A stretch of DNA of 64,000 nt, from assembly GCF_000143415.4 (NCBI RefSeq), contig NW_003314376.1, forward strand, positions 467,271 to 531,270, written 5' to 3'. Position 1 is the first letter of the stretch. Every line of letters starts with the position of its first letter. Under the pieces are notes generated by a model, which ran no database searches, had not been told where the DNA came from, and saw only the letters and a program-made list of their open reading frames with translations. Source of the stretch: Selaginella moellendorffii. Taxonomy: Eukaryota > Plantae > Lycopodiophyta. Below are positions 34,871 through 46,950 of this stretch, one piece after another. The position numbers were made by a program, and so were the translations under genes.

Positions 34871-37800
34871 ATGGCTGGCACGAGCTTGTTTCGCGCAGCA
34901 ACTACTCTCGACGCCACCTTGATGATTCTTGGAACCATTGCTGCTACCGCTAATGGCCTCGCGTTGCCGGCCATTCTCATTGTCGCAAGCCTTGTTTACG
35001 ACCAATACGGGCGATCAGAATCATCACCTATGAAAACGCATCCCAAGGAATTCGTAAGTTTAATCTTTCCTTAAGACAAAGCTCGAATACTGACCAGGCT
35101 AGAGCTGGATCTTTGGCAACAGGCTCAGAGGTATCTCTCCATCGCCACTGCCGCAATGCTTGCTGCGTATCTCAGTGAGTTTCTCAGTATCGTATACTTC
35201 AAAGACGATCAATCTACCTGAGTTTTTGGCAGATGTGAGCTGCTGGAGTTGCACTGCCGACCGGCAAGTTCGAAAGCTTCGACTGATGTATATGAGCTCG
35301 CTACTTAGCCAAAGCGTTGGCGATGTTGACAACTCTACTGCGAACGTGATAGACAACGTTACCAGCAATCTGGTGTTGGTCCAGAAAGCAATCGGAGAGA
35401 AGGTAACATCTCTACGCTTTTCTCTTCTTCACGGAATTGTTGCAGATCGGGAACATTATCTACAGCGTTGCATTTTTTCTTGGAGGCTACCTGGTAGCAG
35501 TAGTGTTGATATGGAGGATTTCTCTACTTCTGCTGCCTTGCACGCCGCTGCTCATATTACCGAGTGTTCTCTATGCAAGGATTGTGCGAAAGTGCTCCCA
35601 GAAGAGATTATCTTCCCAGAAAGAAGGTGGAACAATAGTCAAGCAGGCAATCTCCAACATAAGAGTGGCGTACGCTTTTACCAGCGAGAAGAGAACACTG
35701 CAGATGTATTCCAGCTCTCTGGAGAAAGTGGCCGAGATCGAGAGAGTAGAAAGCCTGGCAAAAGGAGTGACTGTAGGCCTCAACGGTATCTCGTTGATGA
35801 TCTGGGCTCTTTTGATGTGGTACGGGAGCAAGCTGGTTGCTGAAAACCATGGTACTGGAGCTCAAATTCTTGTTGTCGGGGTTGGTTTTATAATCTCCTC
35901 CGCGTAAGTTTTGACGTCTATTCTCTCCCATGACGTTCGCGTTGAGCGTGATGCAGGCAGCTTCAAACTGCAATAAGCGACAGCAAAGGACTTATTGAGG
36001 GCCAAAACGCGATGAAAGACATTCTTCAAGCCATAGAACGCTCACCTTTCAAGCAATGCCAAGGACGGGCGGGACTGGAGCTTAGAACTGTTGAAGGTCA
36101 CATAGCCTTCAAAAGTGTCAGCTTCTCATATCCATCCAGGCCCACGCAGCTCGCGCTTGAAGTCCTCACGCTAGATATTCCAGCTGGTAAGCGGCTGGAA
36201 TTCCCTCATCTTCAATCTGCATGAAAAACATTGCAGGTAAGGTTACCGCTCTTGTGGGAAGAAGCGGATCGGGAAAGTCTACAGTCATTGCGCTCCTAGA
36301 GCGATTTTATCATCCAACCGCAGGTGAAATCACTCTGGATGGTGTGTGCATCAGAAGTCTTGACTTAAACTGGTGGAGGTGTCGGATTGGACTGGTAAGC
36401 CAGGAGCCTACACTGTTATCCTCTTCCATCAGGCAAAACATTCTATATGGAAACGAGAGAGCCAGTATGGCAGACATTATTGCTGCTGCGAAGCTAGCCG
36501 ATGCACACGACTTCATCCAAAGACTACCTAATGGATACGACACGCAGGTATGTTGTGATCGACATCCACCTCACATGCAAGGCAAGACGTCTTGCAGGTT
36601 GGTGAACTGGGAATGCAAATCTCAGGGGGTCAGAAACAGCGTATTGCAATCGCACGAGCCATCGTGAGGAAACCACGCATCATGCTGCTAGACGAAGCTA
36701 CGAGCGCACTCGACAACGAGTCCGAGAGAGTTGTCCAGGAAGCTCTAGACAACGCATGCAAGGACGTCACAACAGTAACAATCTCGCACAGGCTCAAGTC
36801 AATCCAAAATGCACACTACGTCGCTGTCATGGATGGTGGGAAGGTGCTCGAGGCAGGAAGACAGCAGGAATTGCTTTCCAGAAGGGATGGGATCTACGCA
36901 GGCATAGTAAAAAACGTGAACAGGAGCGATACAGACCTTGGCGTGCTGTATAACGGGTTCGAGCATCTGACATACGGAAAAAACATTTCAGAAGGTACGG
37001 AGCAAGAAAAAAAAGCCGCACCTTCAAGCGTCAAAGGCACTCCTCCAGCACAAAAACAAGGGTGCTCGACTTTCCTGCAGATACTCAGTTTGAATAGCCC
37101 AGAGTGGAAACATGGATGCATGATAGTAGTCAGTGCGACACTGACCGGATTCATTACTCCAGCGAATGGCGTACTAAATGGAGTCACAGTTGCAGCCTTC
37201 TACAGCCAAACCTCCCAGGAGCTGAAGCACACAGTGAGATTCGCATGCGGATTATATATCTTGGCCTCTGTGGCACTTTTCATCGCAAACTTCAACCTGC
37301 ATTACCGAGCTGGAGTCACTGGAGCAGCACTAACGATGAGAATACGACGTGCAATGCTAGCTAAGATATTTCAGCAGGAGGTGGGATGGTTTGAGAAGGA
37401 TGGAAACTCAAGCGGACAAATCTACAACCGCCTAGGAAATGATGCGAAAATCGTGAGTGGCTGACTGACCTGCTTGCTTTGCAACTTTTCTCACTGTTGT
37501 CCTGGTTGACAGGTCGGAGAACTCTTTTGGGACCGTGGCCAGTCGCTGGTACAGGTGATCACAACAGTTGTCTTTTGCATGAGCTTCAGCTTTTGCCTGT
37601 CGTGGAAGCTAGCAGTTGTCGCCTCCGTCCCTCAACTTCTGATCGCCGGTGCTTTCTACGCCAGAAGCAGGAGCCTCATCGGACTGATGCGTCACATTGC
37701 TGCAGAGCACAAGAGAGTTAGTGATCTAGCCAATGATGCAGCCTCACAACAGAAAACAATCACGGCCTACTGCTTGCAAGACACGGTTTTAAAAGAAATC

Positions 37801-38908
37801 AAGGCCACCTCAGCGAGAACTCTGGCTGCATCTCAAGTTGCAGGGTTTCTCTACGGCTTCTGCTTCTTTGCACTCTACAACTTCTATGCCCTCTGCATCT
37901 GGTATGGAGGAACACTACTGGTAGCAAGAAGAATAACCTTCCAGAATTTTGTGATCTGCTACAGCGCTCTGGTGTCCGCCGGGCGAGCACTAGCAGAGAC
38001 CGCAGCAGCAACTCCAGCAGTGGCTCATGGCTTGACAGCAAAAGCATCGGTCCTCGAGATACTCAACAAGAAAACAACAGTTTCCGACGTAGAAATGTCT
38101 GGAAACGAAGACAACATGCGAGGCGAGGTGGAGTTTCGCGACGTCAGCTTTACGTATCCCTCGAGCATGGAAATACTGGTGTTAAAGAACTTCAGCATTA
38201 AAGTGGACGCAGGCCAGACTGCAGCATTGGTTGGAAGGAGCGGGACGGGAAAATCGACAGTCATAGCTCTGCTGGAGAGATTCTACGAACCAATAGCAGG
38301 CACAATTCTCCTAGACGGCAAAGACATCAGGAGCATCCACGTTCACACGCTCAGGAAACAAATGGCACTGGTAAACCAGGAGCCAGCTTTGTTCGCGATG
38401 AGCATCAGAGACAACATAGCGTATGGCCTAGACAACGCGACGGACGCGGAGATCATCGAAGCAGCAAGCGTAGCAAACGCACACACATTCATCAGGTACC
38501 AAAGAACTCTCCAAGAAAACTCTCTAAAGATGGATGCATGGCAGTGCTCTCCCGGAGGGATACGAAACAAATGCCGGCGAAGGAGGCGTCCTTCTCTCCG
38601 GAGGACAAAAGCAACGCATAGCAATCGCTCGAGCCGTGATAAAAAAGCCAGCGATTCTTCTCCTGGACGAAGCAACAAGCGCTCTCGACGGTGAGTCCGA
38701 GCGCACCGTCCAGCAAGCCCTGGACAAGATCGTGCACGGCAGCACGGCAAAGACGACGATCATCGTCGTCGCTCACAGGCTCTCGACGATCCAACACGCA
38801 GATCTCATCGCAGTGATGGAGAATGGCGGGGTTTCGGAACAGGGCAAGCATCAAGAGCTCCTGGCCAAGAATGGCCGATATTTCGCTCTGATCCACTCTC
38901 AGCTCTAG
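34871..38908 (+). CDS. ABCB: Full-size ABCB (MDR/P-glycoprotein) transporter, TMD-NBD-TMD-NBD (1201 aa, 9 exons)
   Basis: Exons 34871-35053, 35123-35174, 35233-35402, 35446-35903, 35957-36186, 36237-36547, 36598-37452, 37513-38495, 38545-38908 total 3606 nt, all GT-AG. Walker A GRSGSGKS / GRSGTGKS, signature [IL]SGGQKQR and Walker [11 protein letters not shown] each occur twice. Confidence 0.95.
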
Positions 38909-38951
38909 CAATCGAGGAGACGATCGATCCAGACGTACCTAGACATGCTAG

Positions 38952-38987
38952 CGCCTTGCCGCCTTGCCGCCTTGCCGCCTTGCCGCC
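38952..38987 (+). repeat. (CGCCTTGC)n 8-mer repeat between the convergent ABCB and CLE-like stops
   Basis: cgccttgccgccttgccgccttgccgccttgccgcc. Confidence 0.85.
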
Positions 38988-39068
38988 ATAAACCCTAAGT
39001 AGCTACATTGTGATAGAGATTGATACATATCATCGTTACTCGTTAGGGAGCTATATACTTCTTCCATT

Positions 39069-39508
39069 CTATCGAGCGTGAGGCTTCCAGCACGAAGACA
39101 TCTCTTTGACATGCGACGAGTAGGGATCCTCGGGACCATTTGGAACGTCTCGATCTGGCTTGGCGACCACCGCCGGAGGATCATTCGATGATGGAGCGGT
39201 CTGGAAGTCTCTCCCGCCGCAGCCGCTCGTCCTGTGCTTCATCCGGTACTGCTCCGGATCGTCAGGGCCGGATGGAGTCTCTCTTTCGGGATTGGAAACC
39301 ATCTTCCTCGACTGGACTGGTCCTGCACCAAGAGAGAACAGCCACACCCGTTAGTATCTCGGATCATCTCGAGAAAAAATCGAATTTTTTTCTTCTTTTT
39401 TTGCTCTGGAACGAACGAACCTCCTCCAAGGCAGCGAGTCATGAGTGGAAAAAGCAGGAGGAGGATGATAGCCACAACACGGTGGCTGCTTTTGGCGGAT
39501 GGAGTCAT
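39069..39508 (-). CDS. Secreted CLE-like precursor with two elongated CLE-variant motifs (113 aa, 2 exons)
   Basis: Exon 39508-39421 encodes a signal peptide (MTPSAKSSHRVVAIILLLLFPLMTRCLGG). Phase-1 GT-AG intron, then exon 39322-39069 with SRKMV, RETPSGPDDPEQY and RDVPNGPEDPYSSH. Confidence 0.75.
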
Positions 39509-40124
39509 GGCTTTGGCAGTGATGATGGCCAAAGAAACAGCACAGGAGCTAGCTTAATGATTCGAAGCACAGCACAAGTTACACAGAGCAACGCATCATT
39601 CACACCTCCAAGCACAGCGTCACAGAGAAAAAAAAAAGTTAAAAAGAATCACAGAAAATGGAGGAGCAGAATCATACAACTCTACACTTAAAAACCACTC
39701 AACTCTCGTCCAACGATCGACAAAGATCTCTCTAGAACACAAGCAGACCTCAACAAAACGGCCCTTTGCCACTCCCACTCCACAAAGATCCCGCAAGAAC
39801 ACGCCGTATAAATACCCGAGCGACGATGAGACCTTTGCTCGAGGTACTAATCCGTGCTTGGTTTCTTCGTTTCTTCCTCTTTCGTGTCTTGTCTTGTCCA
39901 TCTTTTTAACACACACTTACACACACACACACAGCGCACAAAGCCTTTTGTTTCCAATTCCAACACGGCCAGACAGACACACACAGAAAGATGGAACACA
40001 GCTTTTGCATTCATTCCTGATTTGAGAGCTCTCTCGTTTAACGCATGAGGGATGGATTTAACGGAACGAATTGGGCAATCAAAGCACAGAATCGTTGGAA
40101 GAATAGAAGGAGTCACAGACAAAA

Positions 40125-40168
40125 TGGTGGCGGTGGTGGCGGTGGCGGCGGTGGCGGTGGCGGTGGCG
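40125..40168 (+). repeat. (GGT/GGC)n trinucleotide repeat
   Basis: ggtggcggtggtggcggtggcggcggtggcggtggcggtggc. Confidence 0.85.
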
Positions 40169-41059
40169 AAGTTTTGGTGGTGGCGAGCAACGTAGCAGCT
40201 TTCCAGGCAGACAAAACTTACAGGAAAGAAAAGCTCGCTCCTGCAGAGGAGACAAGCCTCCACAGATTCCAAATGATTCCTGCCCGGAGCTTGCGAGCCT
40301 GCTTGGCTTGGATACAAAAAATCCCACTCGCATCCCACTATAACAAAAAAAAAACCAGTAACGATCAAAGAAGAACATTTCATGGCTTGTGGAAAGCCTA
40401 CAAAAGCAAGACAACCAACTTGTTTTTTTCTAATGTTGTGTCGTGTGGCTTCTTTTGGAGAATCAATGTCTCTCGTAGATTCTACTGCGGAAACTCCTTG
40501 TTTAATCCCCGCAATGTTTTTCTGTGAGGCAATGGCATGGAATCTCTGGGGCGAGGAGATCGATGCGTGCTGTCTGTCTGCCTGTCTCTCTGTGTCGAGT
40601 TGCTTGCATTATGCTCGAGATCCATGGCGTTGCTCGCTGTGAATTCTTGCGAAGAACAAACCTTTGCTCCCGGACTTGTTGATGGGTGTTTCTATGATTT
40701 TCGTGGAAACACTAGTAAACAATGGGGAATTTGAAAGCACAATCCAAGGATTCCCTATGATTGAGCTCACGTTCCACCCGTCTTTATCACTTGGACTGTT
40801 CAACAGCCAAAGTTTCTTCCATATTCCAAAGTTCTCTTGCATCTTTCTTGTCGATTTTTGGTACTGTAGAACTACCAACAATGTCGTGACATAAGCTGGT
40901 GCTATATTGTAATTTTTCAAAAGTCATTATATACATATTTCAGAAGTTCCAAAATTGATTTTTTCTTTTCTTTTTTTTCTTTCGAATCTTCTTTTGCCTG
41001 GCATATTCCCAAAATGTAAAGGACGAGAAAAAAACGGAGAATGAAGCTCGTTTTTTTTT

Positions 41060-41653
41060 TCAGTTCAAATCGGGAATGAGCATGGATGGAGGCGTCGACC
41101 TGTGATGTAAAGGATCAGGGCCCCCAGGAACATATCGATCCGGGTGGTCGATTTGATGAACTTCGCGAACTTCACTGGATCGATTCACATTCACAAGTTT
41201 GCGATCATCACCCCCGTGGTGATTCTCAATTGCTACCGCTGCTGCTGCTGCTGCTGCTGCTTGGTACTCGAGCATCTTTCTTCCCACAAGCTGATTGCTC
41301 TCCGGGTGATCCCTGCGTGGTCGCGGTGGGATCCTCTGGCAAGAAGAACTCGTTAGAGTCTCCAAGAGAAGGAAGAAAACTTTCAAATGCTTTCACAAAC
41401 CTGCTGGTGGCGGAATCGCGTCCGGAAATTTGGCACATTTCTTGGGAAAGAAACGCAGCCGGGACAGGGGCGTGTCACCGCCAGCAGCTTCCGAGCCGAG
41501 ATCCCCCGAGAATCGAAATCTAGAAACCACCAAAAACCAATCAATCAAGCACGAGATGACCCAAAAGAGCACACCTGTAGTGACCAAGAGGTAGAAACAA
41601 CACACGAAAGCCATCCAGAACAGAGCGCTGTGGATCATCGCAGCGCGCGACAT
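41060..41653 (-). CDS. CLE: CLAVATA3/ESR-related (CLE) peptide precursor (157 aa, 3 exons)
   Basis: Exons 41653-41575, 41519-41401, 41335-41060 with GT-AG introns of 55 and 65 nt. Hydrophobic N-terminus, ARKLL and GRKML motifs, canonical dodecapeptide RYVPGGPDPLHH at 41137-41102. Confidence 0.92.
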
Positions 41654-41811
41654 GGACGATCGATCCAGAAAAACCAGAAGAGGAAAAGGAATGATCGATC
41701 AAGAAAAACAGAGAAGCTCCAGTACTTTTGAGTCAGTCTTGGCCAGTCCACTCTCCCTTCTTCTTCTTCGACTTAACAAGCATGACCAAATCTATGGAGC
41801 AATCTAACAGG

Positions 41812-41819
41812 CTTTATAG
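41812..41819 (-). promoter_or_regulatory. Candidate TATA box of the CLE gene
   Basis: CTATAAAG on the minus strand ~160 bp upstream of the ATG, followed by a GA-rich leader. Confidence 0.45.
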
Positions 41820-42759
41820 TAAAACACTGGAATTTGGGAACTCGTGACGAATACAAGGAAATAATTAAAATAAATACCCCAACTAATTCACTTTAAAAGC
41901 CTTTTTTTTTCCTTTAAACTGAATGTAAGATTAGGAAGGAACTGATTACCGACCGATATAGTTGGTCTAGATTAGTTCGAGTCCTATCAACCACACGCTC
42001 CAATCCATCATTCCAAGGGTTTTTAGTATTTCCAATTGCAGGGTGGCGGCAACTTAAGAGCCCTAAATCGGTGCATGCATGGTGGCGGTGACGAGACATT
42101 CCCTCATTTGGGGTGTGCGTGCCACCAGAGTTGATTTCCAAATGTGGCAACCCCCGGGTGCATCATTTGTACACTCCATGGTACATGGAGTATTTTTACT
42201 ATGTCCAAGGTTCACACATTCCAGGCTTTAATAGCTTGGGTGCTAATATGATGGCCGCGAATATGTGTCCGGCCGTAAAGGAATAATTTCCATATCCGAA
42301 AATATCAATCCTATTACGCCTCATCATTTCCGTCCCTGGAATAATCACCCTTGATCACGGGAAGAAGAATCGGAGAATTTCTCGTTAGTCTTGCTCTGAT
42401 ACAAAGCTGCCAAGGCATAAAAGAATCCAATCAATCAGTTCTCTCAGAGAAAAGCTCTCGAGTCTCTCTCGCGCGCACAAATACGTACCTGTCGATTCTT
42501 TGGAACGGTGAAAACTTATCTGATTGTTGTTCTTTATTGAGTAGCGTTCTTGAACAAAAGTACTTCACTCTATTGTCCGGTGAGTTGCCCTTTGACGTAA
42601 GCATGATCAACTCTAAAGCACGAATCTTTCCATAAAGAAGGGATATAAATCATCACAGATGTGAGTGAGAGAGAGAGAGAGAGAGAGATATTCCAAATGT
42701 TTAAGCTTTCTGTGTGCTCAACAGCTAAGGATGGATTAGTATCAATACTTACAGTTTCT

Positions 42760-44130
42760 GGAACACGATACTGGTTAGGAAACCTTGTTTGGCGTCTACT
42801 CTCTTTGATCGCTTCCCGGAAAGGAATGTGATCTCCTGGACGACGATGCTCGCAGCGTATGCCATATTGACAAAACTCGCGAGATCTTCAATTCAATGCC
42901 GGGTCAGTCATGGAACTCCATGATATCGGCTTACGGAAAGCCAAGTCTAGATCGTAGGCGCTTTTGGGTTGGATGCACGGAACGCGATCTCAGATCGGCC
43001 ATGGAGCTCTATCACTTGATGCCGGCATATGATCTTGTGTCGTGGACTGCAATGCTCTCATGGCGTGCTCTTGCCGGGGAATGCGATGCTGTCTGCCTAA
43101 TCTTCGCCACTTGAACGGGTCGATTCCATGCCAGAAGCATTGTTTCCTGGGGGGCGATGATTGAAAGCCATGAATTTTTTTAAAGATTCTATGCGAGATT
43201 CTATGGCGTGGCCTCCAATGCTTACAGCATATGCCCGGTTTGGGCATCTTCAAGTGGCAAAGATCATTTTTGATGTTTTGCATGAGAAGGGACGCAATGC
43301 AATGCTGGAAGCGTACTCAAATAACGAACGTGTTGGCGAGGCCGAGGAATTATTTTTTGTGGGTTTGCTCGTACACACCTTTCTTGGTTGCAGCATATGC
43401 CCTATATGGGTACGATGCCGCAGCGAGATGTTCGATGCTTGCTCGTAACGGCTACCATAAACTCTAGGAGATAATGCAGCAGCCTGTTGAGTCGAGCTTT
43501 GCTTCCGTGCTGAATGCTTGCAGCCACGCCAGGAATGTAGAGGGTGGCATGACTCTGGATTACGGATTTATCCCCACGAACCAGCAGTATGGGCCTACGT
43601 TGGAGGTACCAAGAATGCTTTCGTTCCGGGTGGAAGTGATCCGGCGAAGCTCGTGTTTCTTCCTTTGCGATCGCCCCGGGGAGTTCACCATATTCCCTGC
43701 TTGCAAACGCGTTCTCGATCACATAGACGAATCCCTCGATTTTGTGTTCTTTGAGCACGCACTGAAGCGTCCTCCACGACACGACGTGTATATATAAGTG
43801 TGTATTTATATGGTTGTAACATCTATATAGTCTGCCTTTCCTTTGTTTACAGCATCAATCTTTGACCTTTCTATATAGCTGTATGTACTAAGGCGAGCTC
43901 AATATTGAGAGGAATACAGCTTCTGCGAACTCCAGGAGACTTTCAAATGTGGCAGAACTCCCTTTTGCAAACTTTTTCTGACCGTGAAAAATTCTCTTCC
44001 TCTTGTGAGGACGTGATGATCACAGCCTACACTGAATCACGCGGTGGAGCATGGATAACTTTCATCTATGGAATCAGAATCCAAATATCCCACAGAGTCG
44101 GTATCTGCATCTGAATATTCTAGAAAATGG
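42760..44130 (+). pseudogene. Inverted decayed duplicate of PPR-B plus spacer and PPR-A relic (mirror of ~29600-31400)
   Basis: DLRSAMELYHLMPAYDLVSWTAMLSW, RDSMAWPPMLTAYA and LDYGFIPTNQQYG. 43760-44000 is the reverse complement of 29735-29975; NQ-insert relic at ~44070-44120. Confidence 0.9.
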
Positions 44131-44249
44131 AATCGGCTGCCATATTCGTCAAGGAAGAACGATATATATCAATCTCTAGGCCTAGACTCCATCACAATGT
44201 TATTTAGGATTTATGGCGGCACTGCGGCAAGGCGCTAGCAACCCTAGTT

Positions 44250-44920
44250 ACGTTTTCCTCCTCGATTGCTAGAGCTGAGAGTGGATCGGAGCGAAGTATC
44301 AGCCATTGGGCAGTAGCTCTTGTGACTGCGATGAGATCTCCGGCCGGATCGTCAACAACGATTGTCGTCCAGGGCTTGCGAGACGGCGGACTCGGACTCA
44401 CCATCGAGAGCTTGTTGAGAAGAATCGTGGCTTTTTTTATCACTGCTCAAGAGCTTGCTTTTATCCTCTCGAGAGAAGGATGGCCCCCTTCGCCAGCATT
44501 TGTTTCGTATCCCTCTGGTAAAGCACTGCCATGCATCCTTCTTTCTTTGTTACCTGATAAATGTGCGTTTGCCTTGTCTTCCATACGATCTCTCATGCTC
44601 ATTGCAAACAAAGCTGGTTCCTGGTTTACCAGTGCCATTTGTTTCCTGAGCGCATTTCCATGCTCGAGAGATACGCAAAGCTGACGTTGCAAAACTCCAC
44701 CTCGCCTCACATGTCTTCGTTTCCAGACATTTCTATGTCTAAAACTGCAGTTTTCTTCTTGAGTATCTTGAGGACCGATGCTTTTGCTGTCAAGCCATGA
44801 GCCACTGCTGGGGTTGCTGCTGTGGTCAGTGCTCACTCCACAGACACCAGAACGCTGTAGCAGATAAAAAAAATGCTAAAAGGTTATTCTTCTTGCTACC
44901 CATAGAAGTTCTAGAGTGCA
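44250..44920 (-). pseudogene. Inverted decayed copy of the ABCB 3' end (~37870-38920)
   Basis: [39 protein letters not shown] and IKKATILL; last intron retained; many deletions. Confidence 0.9.
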
Positions 44921-45399
44921 AAGCTGTACATGGGCTCCTTTGAATTTTTTTTATAATATGTTTTATAATTATTTTTATATAAGAATATATACTATTATTT
45001 TTTTTGGGTTTGTTTTAATCCAAAAGGAGATGGAATGGTTAATGCTTCAAATCCAAATATGAGTGGCATTATCTACTTAGATATTTTGTATCACTTATTG
45101 AAACTTTACTCTAATCATGTGGCTAGGGTACTTTAGTGATGGAAGGTCATGAGACTTGTGTTGGTTGCTGTGTTTTGAAATGTTATTTTAAAATCCTTAA
45201 TAGTGGAAAGAAAAAAAATGGTCCTTTTACTTGGTAATGGGTATAGTGATAGTGGAAAGAAGAAGGATGGTCCTTTTACTTGGTAATAAGTATTGGTGAT
45301 TAATGGAATTTAGTGGATGGGCCTTTAAGCCCTAACTCAATATAAACACTATTGTGAATAAAGAAAGACTTGGTGGGGATCAAAAAAGAAGTATTAAAG

Positions 45400-46950
45400 A
45401 ATGGTGTTCACCTATATCTTAGGACATCATAAGAGTGGTTATAAAATGACCACACCTAAAATGGATGGTTTGGTTCTGGAGAGACAAGTTTGTTATATGG
45501 GTGGTTTTATATTACTAATGAGATAATGAGAATAAATAAAGCTTTAGCATAAAAGGTTGGGATATTAGTAATACCTTTGGGTGTTTGCAACTAGATTTGG
45601 ACATATAAAACACTTCGACCAAGTGCAAATGTAATGTGGCCTTTGGGACTTAGCAAGTACCTTAAGATAGAATGAGAACTTATGAAGGTTATAAGTGAAA
45701 CTCCTCTAAATGGATGAAAATGTAGTTAAGTGACTAAGGTAAAATAAAAATTTAATCACTTACATAATGTTGATATTCTTTCTTAAGATCTTTTTTTTTC
45801 TTCTCTCTTTTCTCTTGTTTCTAAAGGGCCTATTGTTTCACCATCAGTAGATTTTTTGGATGAGAATTTTGTACCATTAATGGTTACCATATTTGATGCT
45901 AATAACAATAAGATGTAAAGTTGGATTTACCTTCTTTAAATGAATGAGCTATAGATCAAAAACTTCTTAATGAGTTTAACAATTTTGCATCACTTTTTAA
46001 TAACTTGTCATTTTGGCATTTACATTCTTAATATCTCCTTAAGAACAACTTTTTTTTTTACTTTATGGAGATTAATTCTAATGACCATTTACAATTAGTA
46101 ATATTTTTAATCTTTATTCCACACTTCCTCCATATTTACTATAACTCCTATTTTAGGTAGGTATATAGGATATTGTCATATGACTGAAAAGTTATGCAAG
46201 TCTTTCTATAGGCTAGAAATATGATATAATATCATTTAATATGTGCATAGTTGCATTCAGTGCTAAGTTTGTAAAACTTTCCTTTGTATTGCGGAAGAAT
46301 AATTGAAGTCAATTGTAGTTTTCCATTTATTTGAGATGGTGGGGTTTGATCTTTTCAATAGTTGACTATTAACAATGAGTATGCCATTATTATTTTTAAC
46401 TGCTTAACTTAATAGTTTTACTAGTGTGTTTGGGAATGCTATAAGATATTTCTTCCTCAATTGAAATATGGTGTTTTAACATATAATTTTCACCCTTTAC
46501 TTTATGATGTTTTACCATAGAATAACCATAGAGTGGAAGTTTGGACATGTGGGCCAAGGGTAGCTAATCGAAGCATGGAACGACTCTTGAGCATATAACC
46601 TAAAGAGAAAAAAGATAAAAGTATGAAGTAACTTTGGAATAGTTCTAGAGTATCTAACATCCTATTGTTAGAACCAACATGTAAAATAGAGTTAAATGGA
46701 GTTTGACACCATTTCAGCATACTAGTAGTTTAATGCGAGGACATAAGTACATCACCAACTATATGGTATGGAACTTGGGTTTAAACTCAAGTTAGACATA
46801 AAACAAAGGTAAACACATAAGTAGGAAGTAGACTATACTTTAGGTTGATCAGCCATATCCAACCTTATTATAAATTTGGAACCCACCCCTTATATGTAGC
46901 ATGCTTTGGGCTTTCATACTAGGAGTTAGTTTTTGGAACAATTATAAAAA
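45400..46950 (+). mobile_element. Degenerate gypsy integrase-region relic, inverted relative to ~15300-16300 and ~18000-18700
   Basis: tgtgcatagttgcattcagtgctaagtttgtaa (~46243) resembles the reverse complement of ~15728-15760; AT-rich and stop-riddled. Confidence 0.55.

Noticed and set aside
39847-40527. ORFs with poly-Gly, poly-AT or HR tracts as further peptide genes
   Set aside because: All derive from one GGY microsatellite; no signal peptide plus peptide motif.
34871-41653. ABCB as a dedicated exporter of the neighbouring peptides (bacteriocin-like operon)
   Set aside because: The precursors have classical signal peptides and the ABCB lacks a peptidase domain; adjacency alone is not evidence.
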